Shown here: positions 10,206 through 20,308 of the stretch, one piece after another
Layout of the letters: every line of letters begins with the position of its first letter
Position numbering within the stretch: position 1 is the first letter of the stretch
NCBI GenBank assembly: GCA_050248615.1
Contig: JBFWSA010000001.1
Location: 36,841 to 100,840, forward strand
Reading direction: 5' to 3'
DNA from: Simkaniaceae bacterium
GTDB lineage: Bacteria > Chlamydiota > Chlamydiia > Chlamydiales > Simkaniaceae
DNA length: 64,000 nt
Position numbers and translations under genes: made by a program
Notes under the pieces: generated by a model
Database searches by the model: none
What the model saw: the letters and a program-made list of their open reading frames with translations, nothing else
Told to the model about the DNA's origin: nothing

Positions 10206-10849
10206 AACGGCATCTTTGCCTCCTGCTGACTTGTGTATCTCTCCAAGCGCAAGACCCTACAGAAGCGATTTTTTCGTGGATTTATCATTCAGGCACATGG
10301 GATGAATCGGGGTTTTCCTTAAGCGGCTCTCAGGTAGAGATCATGCAACCCTATATGCAGTTTTTGCAAGATTTTCTAAATCAGTATGAAATCCAAAGTG
10401 TCGTTGATGTCGGATGTGGAGATTGGGCATTTTCTCGCTATATCGATTGGAACAGAATTGAATATTTCGGCATTGATATCGTCCCCTTTGTAATAGAGCG
10501 TAATCTAGAGCTTTTTTCACAGTCTAATATTCATTTTATTCTCGGAAATGCTCTCGAAATGGATCTTCCTGAAGCCGATCTGTTAATTTGTAAAGATACC
10601 TTTCAGCACCTATCCAATCAAAGCATTAAACGCCTGCTTGCCCAATGTGGAAAATTTAAGCACTGCTTGTTTACAGATTATGTCGATCCTAAAACCCTCT
10701 CTAGCTCAAACTCTGATATCCCCAATGGAAACATGCATTTTATCGACTTAACAAAGCCCCCCTTCAACCTCAAAGGAGAAAAAGTTCTCCTTTTTCAAGG
10801 TGTGGGGGCTCCCAAGCAAACCCTGCACATTCAGCAAAGTTTAAATTAG
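10202..10849 (+). CDS. Class I SAM-dependent methyltransferase with putative signal peptide
   Basis: VVDVGCGD, YFGIDIV, DLLICKD; hydrophobic N-terminus. Confidence 0.8.
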   Translation: MKRHLCLLLTCVSLQAQDPTEAIFSWIYHSGTWDESGFSLSGSQVEIMQPYMQFLQDFLNQYEIQSVVDVGCGDWAFSRYIDWNRIEYFGIDIVPFVIERNLELFSQSNIHFILGNALEMDLPEADLLICKDTFQHLSNQSIKRLLAQCGKFKHCLFTDYVDPKTLSSSNSDIPNGNMHFIDLTKPPFNLKGEKVLLFQGVGAPKQTLHIQQSLN

Positions 10850-12108
10850 AACGCAAGACTTGCGCTTGCAGAAAGACCACTCAGAGTGGTATTGCCGCCA
10901 TCAATAAAGAAGTTAGGCCCTTCAGATCCTGATAGAGGAAAAGTAGGAACAGCAATGAGCGTAAAATCATACTGAGGATTCAAAAATTTACTGGTCCCAA
11001 AGAATACGCTATAGTCATACCCTAACTTAAGAGTTAAACAAACACGGTCTTGACAAAATGGTTTTTCCCAACAGAAGCCAATCCCTAAATCGGCAATAGT
11101 AACGACTGTGTGGAGATGCTTTTTCACTATAAAATCACTTTCATAAGGATCTGTGGAAACCCCAATAGCTAGGATAGCTTGGGTAAGGTTACGAATCGGC
11201 TTCTGATCTGCGAGTTTGTAACGCATGCTATACCATCCATCCAGAACAGAAAATGCACTCGTGCTATAGAGACAAAAGCCTTTCCCCAACATCCACTTGG
11301 TATTGAGACCTAGCTTTCCTCCAATTCCCCATAAGTCATTTTTCATCCGAATCCCAATTTTGCGAGCAATCTCTCCTGGTTCTGCAGCGATTCCCGCAGT
11401 AAAATTCAAAGCCAAAAACTTTAAATTATAGTTTTGGTCAAGCCAAGCAGTCCTGGCACCAACATAAGGCTTTAATGACAAAAACTTACTAACTAAAAAC
11501 TCTCTTCCTAAATCCAGATCCCACACATCAAAACGGTAGTGCCAATGAGCTGCTGCACGGTTAACCAACCTGGGAACATCAAAAAGTTTGGCGACCCAAA
11601 AAGGGCTGATATAGGTTCCAGTTCCAGAAGCCGCTCCAAAGTTTGCAGCAATGGCAACGTTGTTGGGGTCTGGGTCAGAATCCGTAGAGAGATGTCCTGA
11701 AGCTTTCCCATGAAAGCGCTTCCACTGAGAGGAAAGATCCCAACCATCATGAGGCAAATACCCTCCTAGACCAACAACAAAGCCCCATCCCCAGTGGAAT
11801 TTCGGCGTATGGGCTTTACCAGCCGTTAGATCTAACGTAAACGATTCACTATCGGGTGCATTATAATTATAATCCCCTATAATGGCATAATCAAGACCAT
11901 CTGCAGAAGCCCTAGCAAAGATAGGCCCCCCAAACATATACATTCCGATGCCTTGTTTAGCACAGGAACCTACAGGAGGCGTTATCGGTCTATTTTCTAG
12001 AGCAGTCACGCGCTCTTCTAAGCTTTGATTTTGAATATTGGATCCATTTGCCCATAAAAATGAAAGGCAAAATACAGGTGGAAGAAAAAACAAAGATCTT
12101 ATTTTCAT
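10846..12108 (-). CDS. MOMP-like / Lpg1974-family outer membrane beta-barrel protein
   Basis: Signal peptide; GWDL..W, LDLGREF, LKPYVGARTAWLDQ, WGIGGKLG; C-terminal Phe. Confidence 0.82.
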   Translation of the reverse strand: MKIRSLFFLPPVFCLSFLWANGSNIQNQSLEERVTALENRPITPPVGSCAKQGIGMYMFGGPIFARASADGLDYAIIGDYNYNAPDSESFTLDLTAGKAHTPKFHWGWGFVVGLGGYLPHDGWDLSSQWKRFHGKASGHLSTDSDPDPNNVAIAANFGAASGTGTYISPFWVAKLFDVPRLVNRAAAHWHYRFDVWDLDLGREFLVSKFLSLKPYVGARTAWLDQNYNLKFLALNFTAGIAAEPGEIARKIGIRMKNDLWGIGGKLGLNTKWMLGKGFCLYSTSAFSVLDGWYSMRYKLADQKPIRNLTQAILAIGVSTDPYESDFIVKKHLHTVVTIADLGIGFCWEKPFCQDRVCLTLKLGYDYSVFFGTSKFLNPQYDFTLIAVPTFPLSGSEGPNFFIDGGNTTLSGLSASASLAF

Positions 12109-12198
12109 GGTTCTCCTCAGAGATCAGTTGTTAGCAAAAGGACTAATTTTACCTTCTCAAAAGGTTTCTTGTCAAAGAAGGATTAAATGACTCACAAC

Positions 12199-12341
12199 TT
12201 GAGACCGTTGCAAAACTGCTTTCATTCAACTGAGCTGAGTTTTTTAGAGAAAATTTTTCTCAGCTTTTGAGGCCAGCTCTAATCAGAGCTGACCAATAAG
12301 AGAAAAAATTTAATCAAAATGGGTCAACTTAGGGTGAAAGC
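12199..12341. mobile_element. MITE-like element, family D (left end plus hairpin core; right TIR missing)
   Basis: End TTGAGACCGTTGCAAAA recurs at 63170 and as its reverse complement at 62318-62334. The core recurs at 14954-15027. GCTTTCA...TGAAAGC closes the stem. Confidence 0.75.
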
Positions 12342-12450
12342 TCTGGAGTCAGCTGAATAAACGCATTGTGTATATTCTTTGCTTGAAAAAATTTGAGGAC
12401 TTTGTAAATAGTGAGGAGTAGAACACATTTCATTCATTTGGGAGAAAAAA

Positions 12451-13659
12451 ATGAAATACTTCTCACTATTAACCGCTCTCTGCACAGCTTTCTCAGTTGC
12501 AAGCTACGCTGCAGAAGACAGCGAATTTATGGAATCTCGGATTGCTCAAGTAGAATCAACCCTCAGTGAGCACTCTAAACTTTTTGAACGTGTGATTGCA
12601 CAGTCTCAGTATGACTCAACAAACACATACTCTTCTGACACCATGTCCAGTAAAACTCCATCCGATCAAAATGTCGTGATGCATTCTGCTCATGGGTGCA
12701 TGGATAGCGGATTTATGATCCAAGCAGAGTTCCTTTGGTGGCGGGCCAATATGGATATGTTGGAGTATGTCCTTCAATCAAACGGAGAGAATACCATTCT
12801 CACTTCTACTCAAGCAAGTTTTAAAGAGCCTGATTTTGAATACGACCCTGGAGTACGGGTAGCAATCGGATACGATTTCGGCCGATCGAATTGGGATGTC
12901 AAGCTTGCCTGGACCTATCACTACACAGATGTTTCAGATAGTTCACGAGGACCTGGAGATTCTTTCTTAAGCCAAGTAGCAACCCGCTTTCAATCGGCTT
13001 CAGACACCTTCTATAACTTCATTATATCATCCAATGCCAAAGCAGATTGGCAAACCCGTCTCAATGCCCTCGATTTCGAAATGGGTTACGACTACTTTTT
13101 TAGCGATCGTTTTTCGATGCGCCCCCATTTCGGTTTAAAAGCAGCTTGGATCGATATGCATTATAATGCAGCTTATGACACTATGCTCGATGGTGCGATT
13201 GCCCCAGGAGACCCAAGTATCTTTACAGGAAGCATGCGTTCCCACTCAGAATACTGGGCTGTGGGTCCCCGTATGGGTTTCGATACCTACCTGCATATTG
13301 GCTGGGGATTTAGCCTTTATGGAAAGTTTGCCGGCGCTTTGATCTATGGAGAGTATGACACAACTTCCCGATTTTCTTTTTCGCGCCCTCCTCCAGCTCT
13401 TCTTGGAAGCAATGGAATTCTTGATGGATTCCCCTTGAAACACAATGACTACTCACGACTAAGAACTATGGCTGAAATGGCAATTGGTCTTGAATGGGGC
13501 TATTGCTTCTCAAATGATTACTATTTAGGTTTTAATATTGGCTGGGAAAACCAATACTGGTGGAATCAAATGGAATTATACTTCCTAACAACGGATTATC
13601 ACCCTCGTGGAGATCTCACCTATAGTGGTCTGGACGTTGGACTCCGCTTCGACTTCTAA
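12451..13659 (+). CDS. MOMP-like / Lpg1974-family outer membrane beta-barrel protein
   Basis: Signal peptide; EFLWWRA, PGVRVAIGY, MRPHFGLKAAWIDM, GWENQYWWNQ; C-terminal RFDF. Confidence 0.85.
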   Translation: MKYFSLLTALCTAFSVASYAAEDSEFMESRIAQVESTLSEHSKLFERVIAQSQYDSTNTYSSDTMSSKTPSDQNVVMHSAHGCMDSGFMIQAEFLWWRANMDMLEYVLQSNGENTILTSTQASFKEPDFEYDPGVRVAIGYDFGRSNWDVKLAWTYHYTDVSDSSRGPGDSFLSQVATRFQSASDTFYNFIISSNAKADWQTRLNALDFEMGYDYFFSDRFSMRPHFGLKAAWIDMHYNAAYDTMLDGAIAPGDPSIFTGSMRSHSEYWAVGPRMGFDTYLHIGWGFSLYGKFAGALIYGEYDTTSRFSFSRPPPALLGSNGILDGFPLKHNDYSRLRTMAEMAIGLEWGYCFSNDYYLGFNIGWENQYWWNQMELYFLTTDYHPRGDLTYSGLDVGLRFDF

Positions 13660-13672
13660 TTTCTTCTTGACT

Positions 13673-13699
13673 TCTAGGCAACCCCAAGGGCTGCCTAGA
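13673..13699 (+). terminator. Hairpin after porin gene (possible terminator)
   Basis: TCTAGGCAACC-CCAA-GGGCTGCCTAGA; only a weak U-tract follows. Confidence 0.5.
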
Positions 13700-13745
13700 G
13701 CATTTCATATTTAGGTTTTAAGGGGGATCTGGCATACTGATTATC

Positions 13746-14372
13746 ATGGACCAAGTTGTACAGTTTATTGTTGAAAACAGCCGTTTTGCCCCATGGATAA
13801 CCTTGGGGCTCGTCTTGCTAGCTGGACTCAATATCCCCATCAGCATTGACATCGTCATTGTCCTTTCTGCATTTTTGGCTGCAACCACCATTCCTGAACA
13901 TACATTTACCCTCTACATTAGCTTGCTCGTAGGTTGCTATTTTTCTGCATGGATTGCTTACTGGGTAGGACGTAAATTAGGGAAGAAACTTTTAAAAATC
14001 GGGTATTTTGCAAAAATGCTTCCTGAAACACGACTAAAAAAAGTAGAAGCTTTTTATGAAAAGCATGGGATGTTGACCCTTTTGATTGGAAGGTTTATCC
14101 CGTTCGGGGTGCGTAATTGCATCTTTATGAGTACTGGGATCAGTCAATCCAATTTTGGAAAATTTATCCGTAGAGATGCCTTAGCTTGCACGATCTGGAC
14201 AACGGTATGTTTCTTTGCCTACTACAGCATTGGGCACAATTATGAACTTCTCCTTCAAAAGCTCAAAACGCTAAACCTTTTCATCTTTTTAGCTTTCAGC
14301 CTGGCAATCATTGGATTCCTTTCTTATAGGAAATATAGGAAAAAAAGTGGAAATACGCTTGATAAAAACTAA
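13746..14372 (+). CDS. DedA-family membrane protein
   Basis: AYWVGRKLG, FYEKHG, GRFIPFGVR. Confidence 0.9.
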   Translation: MDQVVQFIVENSRFAPWITLGLVLLAGLNIPISIDIVIVLSAFLAATTIPEHTFTLYISLLVGCYFSAWIAYWVGRKLGKKLLKIGYFAKMLPETRLKKVEAFYEKHGMLTLLIGRFIPFGVRNCIFMSTGISQSNFGKFIRRDALACTIWTTVCFFAYYSIGHNYELLLQKLKTLNLFIFLAFSLAIIGFLSYRKYRKKSGNTLDKN

Positions 14373-14425
14373 CATTTAGATCCATAAATAAAGCGAATAG
14401 AGATGTAGGAAATTAGACGATTATT

Positions 14426-14932
14426 ATGCTGAATCCTCCCAACAGTCTTTCTCTTTTGAGGGCCCCCCTGGCGCTCCTTTTTATTATAGAAAACACGACC
14501 ATTCGTTTCATTGTCGTTCTTCTTGCCATGCTCACGGACTGCATTGATGGGTATCTAGCACGCCGCTACCGCTACACTTCTCGAATTGGGGCCATTCTCG
14601 ATCCCCTGATGGATAAGTTTTTTGTTTACGTGGCTCTCACAGTCCTCCTTGTTGAAGGTCAGATCGCTTCCTGGCAAGCCGCTACGATGCTCACGCGAGA
14701 TTTTGCCCTCTTCCTCTTTATGCTCTACTTGGGGGTTACGGGGACTTGGAGAAATCTCGAGTTTAAAGCGATTCGTTGGGGAAAAGTCACCACGGCTTCC
14801 CAATTCATCATCCTCTCAGCGATTGTTTTAAAAATTCCCTTTCCCCCTTTTCTCTATTATGCTTTTATCCTCTTTGGTTGCTTAGCCTTCCTAGAACTCA
14901 TCCAGTACTCGAAGAGGTTGTCTTCGAATTAA
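14426..14932 (+). CDS. pgsA: CDP-alcohol phosphatidyltransferase (PgsA-like)
   Basis: PNSLSLLR, TDCIDGYLARR...GAILDPLMDK signature. Confidence 0.88.
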   Translation: MLNPPNSLSLLRAPLALLFIIENTTIRFIVVLLAMLTDCIDGYLARRYRYTSRIGAILDPLMDKFFVYVALTVLLVEGQIASWQAATMLTRDFALFLFMLYLGVTGTWRNLEFKAIRWGKVTTASQFIILSAIVLKIPFPPFLYYAFILFGCLAFLELIQYSKRLSSN

Positions 14933-14953
14933 AATTTCATTAGATTTTTCCTT

Positions 14954-15027
14954 TTTTTAGAGAAAATTTTTCTCGGCTTTTGAGGCTAGCTCTAATGAGC
15001 TGACTGAAAAAGAGAAAAATATTTAAT
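14954..15027. repeat. Internal fragment of family D element
   Basis: TTTTTAGAGAAAATTTTTCTC(G/A)GCTTTTGAGGC(T/C)AGCTCTAAT..GAGCTGAC closely matches 12241-12314. Confidence 0.8.
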
Positions 15028-15048
15028 TCGGAGACAGCCTCGAAAAGA

Positions 15049-15206
15049 CAGGGCTAACGCATTAAAATTTGTTGAAGAAGTGCTTCCTAGGAGGAAAGTT
15101 CAAGGCGCCTGATGCAGGCAATCCTGCCAGGGGCTGTCGAAGCAAGGCAACATGGAAATTTTCCCTAGGAAGAACTTAAGCAACAAATTTTAATGCGTTA
15201 GCCCTG
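15049..15206. mobile_element. MITE family C (158 bp) with CAGGG...CCCTG ends and ~10 bp target-site duplication
   Basis: Perfect 26 bp TIR CAGGGCTAACGCATTAAAATTTGTTG; flanked by CTCGAAAAGA / TTCGAAAAGA. Confidence 0.9.
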
Positions 15207-15261
15207 TTCGAAAAGACTATCTTCTTGAATCTCCTTTGTTATTTTGCTAGAATTTTTCGCT

Positions 15262-16485
15262 ATGAAACGGAATTATTTCTTTAATCTTAGCATGCTTTTG
15301 GCTCTTATCTTGGGGGGAATTCTTGGGAGCACGTCTATTCCTTTCGTGCACGCAGGTGCTGACGTAGTTAGTGAACTCTTTTTGAATATGCTCAAATTGA
15401 TCAGCCTTCCTATGATTTTTCTCGCCATTGTTTCCACCCTTACGCGGATGAATAGTCTCCATGAAGCAGGTTACCTACTAAAAAAAATCTTTAAGTACAC
15501 TCTTGCTACAACACTGATTGCAGCCACAATTGGCCTGATCCTTTTTCTGATCATTCAACCGGTGAAAACAGGGGAACTCTCTGCTCCTGCATTTTCCCCT
15601 CTAAAAGAGAGTTACCTCTCCTTTTTAACCCAAATTATCCCCCCCAACCTCATTCAACCTTTTATAGAAAACAATGTGTTAGGGATGGCTTTTATTGGGA
15701 CCATTTTGAGCCTCGCAATCCTCAAACTTCCCGATGAGAAAGGGAATATTTTACGGGATTTTTTTGGAGCCCTTTTCGAGGCTCTCTTGAAAGTCACTTC
15801 GGCATTAATTTTACTCATGCCTCTCGGCATTTTTGCTTTTACGATCCAGTTTTCTCGAAACATCCAAGCCGAATCTCACCAACTCCAAGAGCTATTATTT
15901 TATGGAGTCTGTGTCGTTGCCGCTAACTTGATTCAAGGCTTTGTCATTCTCCCTCTTTTGCTCAAATGGAAAAAACAGTCTCCTATCCGCGTGGGCCGCG
16001 CTATGTTACCTGCTTTGACAATGGCTTTTTTCTCAAAATCATCGAATGCGACTCTCCCTCTCACCCTCGAATGTGCTAAAAATCGTTTGGGAGTTTCCGA
16101 TAAAACAGCCAGTTTTAGTCTTCCCCTCTGCTCTGTCATTAATATGAACGGATGTGCAGCATTTATTTTGATTACCATCTTTTTCGCATGTAAGAGTCAG
16201 GGGATGACCTTCACTTTAGGGGAAATGATTCCGTGGATCTTTCTCTCCACCCTTGCCGCGATCGGCAATGCAGGTGTTCCCATGGGGTGTTTCTTTTTAA
16301 CAACAGCTTTCTTAGTAGGGATGGGTGTCCCCCTTGAAATGATGGGGATGATTCTTCCCCTCTATTCTATTTTCGACATGGTAGAAACAGCTCTCAACGT
16401 TTGGTCAGACAGTTGCATCACAGTGGTTGTTGACAAAGAAGTGCGTGAGAAATCGGCTCAACCTGCTGCGTTAGCCCTCCACTGA
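15262..16485 (+). CDS. Dicarboxylate/amino acid:cation symporter (DAACS/SDF family)
   Basis: AFFSKSSNATLP, INMNG, AIGNAGVP, ETALNVWSD. Confidence 0.93.
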   Translation: MKRNYFFNLSMLLALILGGILGSTSIPFVHAGADVVSELFLNMLKLISLPMIFLAIVSTLTRMNSLHEAGYLLKKIFKYTLATTLIAATIGLILFLIIQPVKTGELSAPAFSPLKESYLSFLTQIIPPNLIQPFIENNVLGMAFIGTILSLAILKLPDEKGNILRDFFGALFEALLKVTSALILLMPLGIFAFTIQFSRNIQAESHQLQELLFYGVCVVAANLIQGFVILPLLLKWKKQSPIRVGRAMLPALTMAFFSKSSNATLPLTLECAKNRLGVSDKTASFSLPLCSVINMNGCAAFILITIFFACKSQGMTFTLGEMIPWIFLSTLAAIGNAGVPMGCFFLTTAFLVGMGVPLEMMGMILPLYSIFDMVETALNVWSDSCITVVVDKEVREKSAQPAALALH

Positions 16486-16500
16486 AGTTGTTTGAGTATA
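16483..16500. repeat. Single end of family B (ERIC-like) element overlapping the transporter stop codon
   Basis: TGAAGTTGTTTGAGTATA matches the right arm of the family B elements at 61574-61608 and 60091-60254. Confidence 0.7.
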
Positions 16501-16501
16501 A

Positions 16502-16530
16502 TTGAGGCCTCCTTTAATATGCGGCATAAT
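16502..16530 (+). promoter_or_regulatory. Putative sigma66 promoter for sppA-polA-coaE-rho
   Basis: TTGAGG-17 bp-CATAAT, ending 28 bp upstream of ATG 16559. Confidence 0.4.
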
Positions 16531-16558
16531 TCAATTTTTAATTTTTTAGGAAAAATTT

Positions 16559-17629
16559 ATGGATATCAAGCGTGAATCAATTCTCGTCTCCGCCGTACGC
16601 TCTTTTTGCAATACTTTTGCTGGAATGTTTGGAGTCATCGTTGGGATCATCATCATCGCAATTGTCATTGCAATTTTAGCTAAACCTCAAATGGTCTCTG
16701 ATAAAACCACCATGATTATTGCTGCTGATGCAGAAGGGCAACGCGAACTCCTTCCCGCTTCTACACCAGCCATTTTGCGCATCAATATCCATGGAGTCAT
16801 TGGAAGTCGCGATTTAAATAGTAAAACGTTTGAAGCGCAGCTTTTAGATTCTCGTGAAGGGGCCTTAAAAGGAGACCGCATCAAAGCCATTTACCTGCAC
16901 ATTAACTCTCCAGGGGGCGCCGCAACGGATGCTCACGATATCTACACAAAGCTTGTGGAGTATAAGGAAAAATATAAAGTGCCCATCTATGCTTATGTTG
17001 ATGGCATGTGCGCTTCTGGCGGCATGATGATCGCTTGTGCTGCAGATAAAATCCTATCTTCTCCCATCGGAATTATTGGCTCTGTTGGAGTGATTATGGG
17101 ACCTAATTTTAACGTCGCGGGGCTGATGGAAAAGTATGGGGTCAAACAACTCACCCTCACGAGAGGTAAAGATAAAGATATGCTCAGCCCTTACCGTGAA
17201 TGGAAGCTGGGCGAAGATCAATCTCTACAAGATATTATTGCCTATGATTATAATATTTTTGTGAATCTCGTGACCAAGGCACGCACACGTCTCAGTCGCA
17301 CAAAATTGGTCAATGACTATGGGGCCCAAGTTTTTGACCCTGCTAAAGCCGAGGAATATGGATATATTGACGATGGAAATAGTACCTATAACGCCTCTTT
17401 AAAAGAACTCGTCACCAAATCTGGCATTAAAGAGGATGAAAAATATCAGGTCGTTGAACTTAAAGTCGTCCATCCCGTATTATCAGACCTCATTGAAGGA
17501 AAATCCCCAATTTTCACTGGAAAAGTAAAGCACGAGCTTGTAATCGGCCCTGATTTCCACCCTGAACTCATGAACCGCCCCCTTTACCTTTATTCTCCAG
17601 CCCTTCAAATGTATGGCTCAGATGGATAA
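16559..17629 (+). CDS. S49 peptidase (SppA/SohB family)
   Basis: INSPGG, MCASGGMMIA, IGSVGV; N-terminal TM helix. Confidence 0.9.
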   Translation: MDIKRESILVSAVRSFCNTFAGMFGVIVGIIIIAIVIAILAKPQMVSDKTTMIIAADAEGQRELLPASTPAILRINIHGVIGSRDLNSKTFEAQLLDSREGALKGDRIKAIYLHINSPGGAATDAHDIYTKLVEYKEKYKVPIYAYVDGMCASGGMMIACAADKILSSPIGIIGSVGVIMGPNFNVAGLMEKYGVKQLTLTRGKDKDMLSPYREWKLGEDQSLQDIIAYDYNIFVNLVTKARTRLSRTKLVNDYGAQVFDPAKAEEYGYIDDGNSTYNASLKELVTKSGIKEDEKYQVVELKVVHPVLSDLIEGKSPIFTGKVKHELVIGPDFHPELMNRPLYLYSPALQMYGSDG

Positions 17630-17641
17630 AATACTTTTGAA

Positions 17642-20305
17642 ATGAAAAATTTATACATTCTCGACGCGGTCTCTTTCCTCTTTCGCTCCTATTTTGCGAT
17701 TGGGCGCATGACCAATAAGCGTGGAGAGTCGACAAATGCCCTCTATGGTTTCATTCGGTCTATCCAGAAAATTATCAAGGATTTTTCCCCTGAAAATCTT
17801 GTCGCTGTCTTTGATGGGCCCAATAATAAACAAACACGCGTAGCCATCTATGAGGCCTATAAAAGCAACCGTGAAGGAATGCCCGAGGACCTGTTTCCTC
17901 AGCTAGAGTGGGCTCATGAATACTGCAAGTATGCGGGAATCCCCTACCTTTCTGAAGAAGGGGTGGAAGCAGATGATCTCATTGGTACGATTGCTAAGTG
18001 GGCAGAAAAAAAGGGAGCCGAGGTCTTTATCTGTTCAAGCGATAAGGATCTCTGTCAGCTGATCACCGATCGGATTTTCATGCTGAATACTCATAAAGGG
18101 AACCTCCTCATTAACCGAGAAAAAGTCGAAGAGCTCCATGGGGTCAAACCCGAACAAATTGTCGATTATTTAGCGATCATGGGTGATAAATCGGATAATA
18201 TCCCAGGGATTCCAGGATTTGGTCCCAAAACAGCTGCCTCCCTTTTACAAGAATATGGGACCTTAGAGAATCTTCTCTCTAGCTTGGATGGAATGGAAAA
18301 TCAAAAAAGAGCAGAGAAAATCCGTATCCATGAAGCGGATGCCCGAATGAGCAGGCAGCTCGCTCAACTCATCCTCAATGTCCCCTTTCCTCTTGATCCC
18401 TCTTTTTATCATATTAAACCTCCCCATCTAGAAAAGCTAACGGCTCTCTACCAAGAGATGAATTTTAACACTCTTCTTAAGGAATTAGGACAAGAAAACA
18501 GCGTCTTACCGGTCGAAGAACGCCCTCCTATTGAAGAAGAAAAGGTGGATTACCAGATTATCGATGACCTCGAAGGGTTAAAAGCTCTCGTTACGACTTT
18601 AGGACAAGCACCCTCTGTCTGTATCGATACAGAAACCGATACACTCGCACCGATGGAGGCGCGCCTTGTAGGACTCGGTTTCTGTCTAAAGCCCCACCAA
18701 GCCTGGTATGTCCCCACAAACGGAAAATTGGGCCTAAGCACCGTCCTCCAAGAAGTCAAACCTCTCCTAGAAAATCCCGCTGTAGGTTTCTATGGGCACA
18801 ATATCAAGTATGACATCCACATTCTCAGAAATCATGGGATCCAACTGAAAAACATCTCCTTTGATACTATGATTGCTTCTTACCTTTTAAATCCTCAAAA
18901 CAATCGCCACAGTCTTGACCACCTCTCTTTGGAAAAATTTCATAAGGTAAAGATTTCGATCAAAGATCTCATCGGAACAGGAAAAAAGCAAATCTCCTTA
19001 AGAGAAGTTCCCATTCAAGACGTGGGACATTATTGCGCCGAAGATGTCGATTATACCTGCCGCTTAAAAAAGCTTTTCGAAAGCGAGCTTGCAAAAGAAA
19101 ACTTATCTCAGCTTTTCTACGAAATGGAGCTCCCTCTCATTCCTGTATTAGTTGCCATGGAACGCTTTGGTATGTATTTAGACCAAGAGCAACTGCATAC
19201 GATGTCTGGTGTGTTAAGACAAAAACTCGAAAGGATCGAAAAAGAAATCTATGATTTAGCGGGGGAGCCGTTTAATATCAAATCCCCCAAACAGCTAAGC
19301 GAAATTCTTTTTGATAAATTGCAAATCTCTATTGGCAACAAGAAAAAAAGTACCCGTGCAGACATTTTAGAAACCCTCAAACAAGACTACCCCATCGCAG
19401 CAAAAATCTTAGAGTTTAGAGGACTGGAAAAGTTGCGCTCCACTTATGTTGAAACTTTGCCCCTCCAAGTTTACGAAGATACAGGACGTATTCATTGCAC
19501 ATTTATGCAGACAGTAACAGCAACAGGACGTCTTTCCTGCCAAGATCCTAACTTGCAAAATATCCCCATCCGCTCCGAAGAGGGGCGTAAGATCCGCGAG
19601 GCGTTCAAACCTGATGATGACGCATGGTGCTACCTCTCTGCAGACTACTCGCAAATCGAACTCCGCCTCTTAGCGCACATGAGCCAGGACCCAAAACTTC
19701 TCGCAGCCTTTCAAAACGAAGAAGATATTCACGCCTCGACTGCTGCAAGTGTTTTCGATGTTCCTCTAGATCAAGTGACAAAAGAGATGCGCGCCCAAGC
19801 AAAGGCAGTGAACTTTGGGATTCTCTATGGACAGCAAGCCTTTGGTCTTTCTGAGGGCCTGGGCATTGATATTCAGGATGCAGCTCAGTTTATTAAAAAA
19901 TATTTTAATAAATACCCCGCTGTGAAAGCTTTTTTGGAAAAGTGTAAGGAGTCTGCCCATGAAACTGGGGTGGCTACAACTCTTTTTGGACGGAAACGTC
20001 CCATCCCAGAAATCCACAGCTCTAACGGGATGATCCGTGCCGCTGCCGAACGTTTAGCTGTCAATACCCCCCTTCAAGGAACCCAAGCCGATATCATTAA
20101 ACAAGCCATGATTAAAATTCATGCTGCTTTAGATCAAAAAGCCCATATGGTTCTCCAAATCCATGATGAACTCATTTTTGAACTCCCCAAGAAGAATGTG
20201 GAGTGGGTCAAAAATACGGTTACCGCGATTATGGAAAACATCGTTTCCCTCTCAGTCCCTTTAACAGTCAATATAGCCATTGGAAAAAATTGGGGGGAGT
20301 GCTAG
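17642..20305 (+). CDS. polA: DNA polymerase I
   Basis: 5'-3' exonuclease (EADD, GDKSDNIPG), 3'-5' exonuclease (DTET), polymerase motifs SADYSQIELR, AKAVNFGILYG, QIHDE. Confidence 0.99.
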   Translation: MKNLYILDAVSFLFRSYFAIGRMTNKRGESTNALYGFIRSIQKIIKDFSPENLVAVFDGPNNKQTRVAIYEAYKSNREGMPEDLFPQLEWAHEYCKYAGIPYLSEEGVEADDLIGTIAKWAEKKGAEVFICSSDKDLCQLITDRIFMLNTHKGNLLINREKVEELHGVKPEQIVDYLAIMGDKSDNIPGIPGFGPKTAASLLQEYGTLENLLSSLDGMENQKRAEKIRIHEADARMSRQLAQLILNVPFPLDPSFYHIKPPHLEKLTALYQEMNFNTLLKELGQENSVLPVEERPPIEEEKVDYQIIDDLEGLKALVTTLGQAPSVCIDTETDTLAPMEARLVGLGFCLKPHQAWYVPTNGKLGLSTVLQEVKPLLENPAVGFYGHNIKYDIHILRNHGIQLKNISFDTMIASYLLNPQNNRHSLDHLSLEKFHKVKISIKDLIGTGKKQISLREVPIQDVGHYCAEDVDYTCRLKKLFESELAKENLSQLFYEMELPLIPVLVAMERFGMYLDQEQLHTMSGVLRQKLERIEKEIYDLAGEPFNIKSPKQLSEILFDKLQISIGNKKKSTRADILETLKQDYPIAAKILEFRGLEKLRSTYVETLPLQVYEDTGRIHCTFMQTVTATGRLSCQDPNLQNIPIRSEEGRKIREAFKPDDDAWCYLSADYSQIELRLLAHMSQDPKLLAAFQNEEDIHASTAASVFDVPLDQVTKEMRAQAKAVNFGILYGQQAFGLSEGLGIDIQDAAQFIKKYFNKYPAVKAFLEKCKESAHETGVATTLFGRKRPIPEIHSSNGMIRAAAERLAVNTPLQGTQADIIKQAMIKIHAALDQKAHMVLQIHDELIFELPKKNVEWVKNTVTAIMENIVSLSVPLTVNIAIGKNWGEC

Positions 20306-20308
20306 ACT

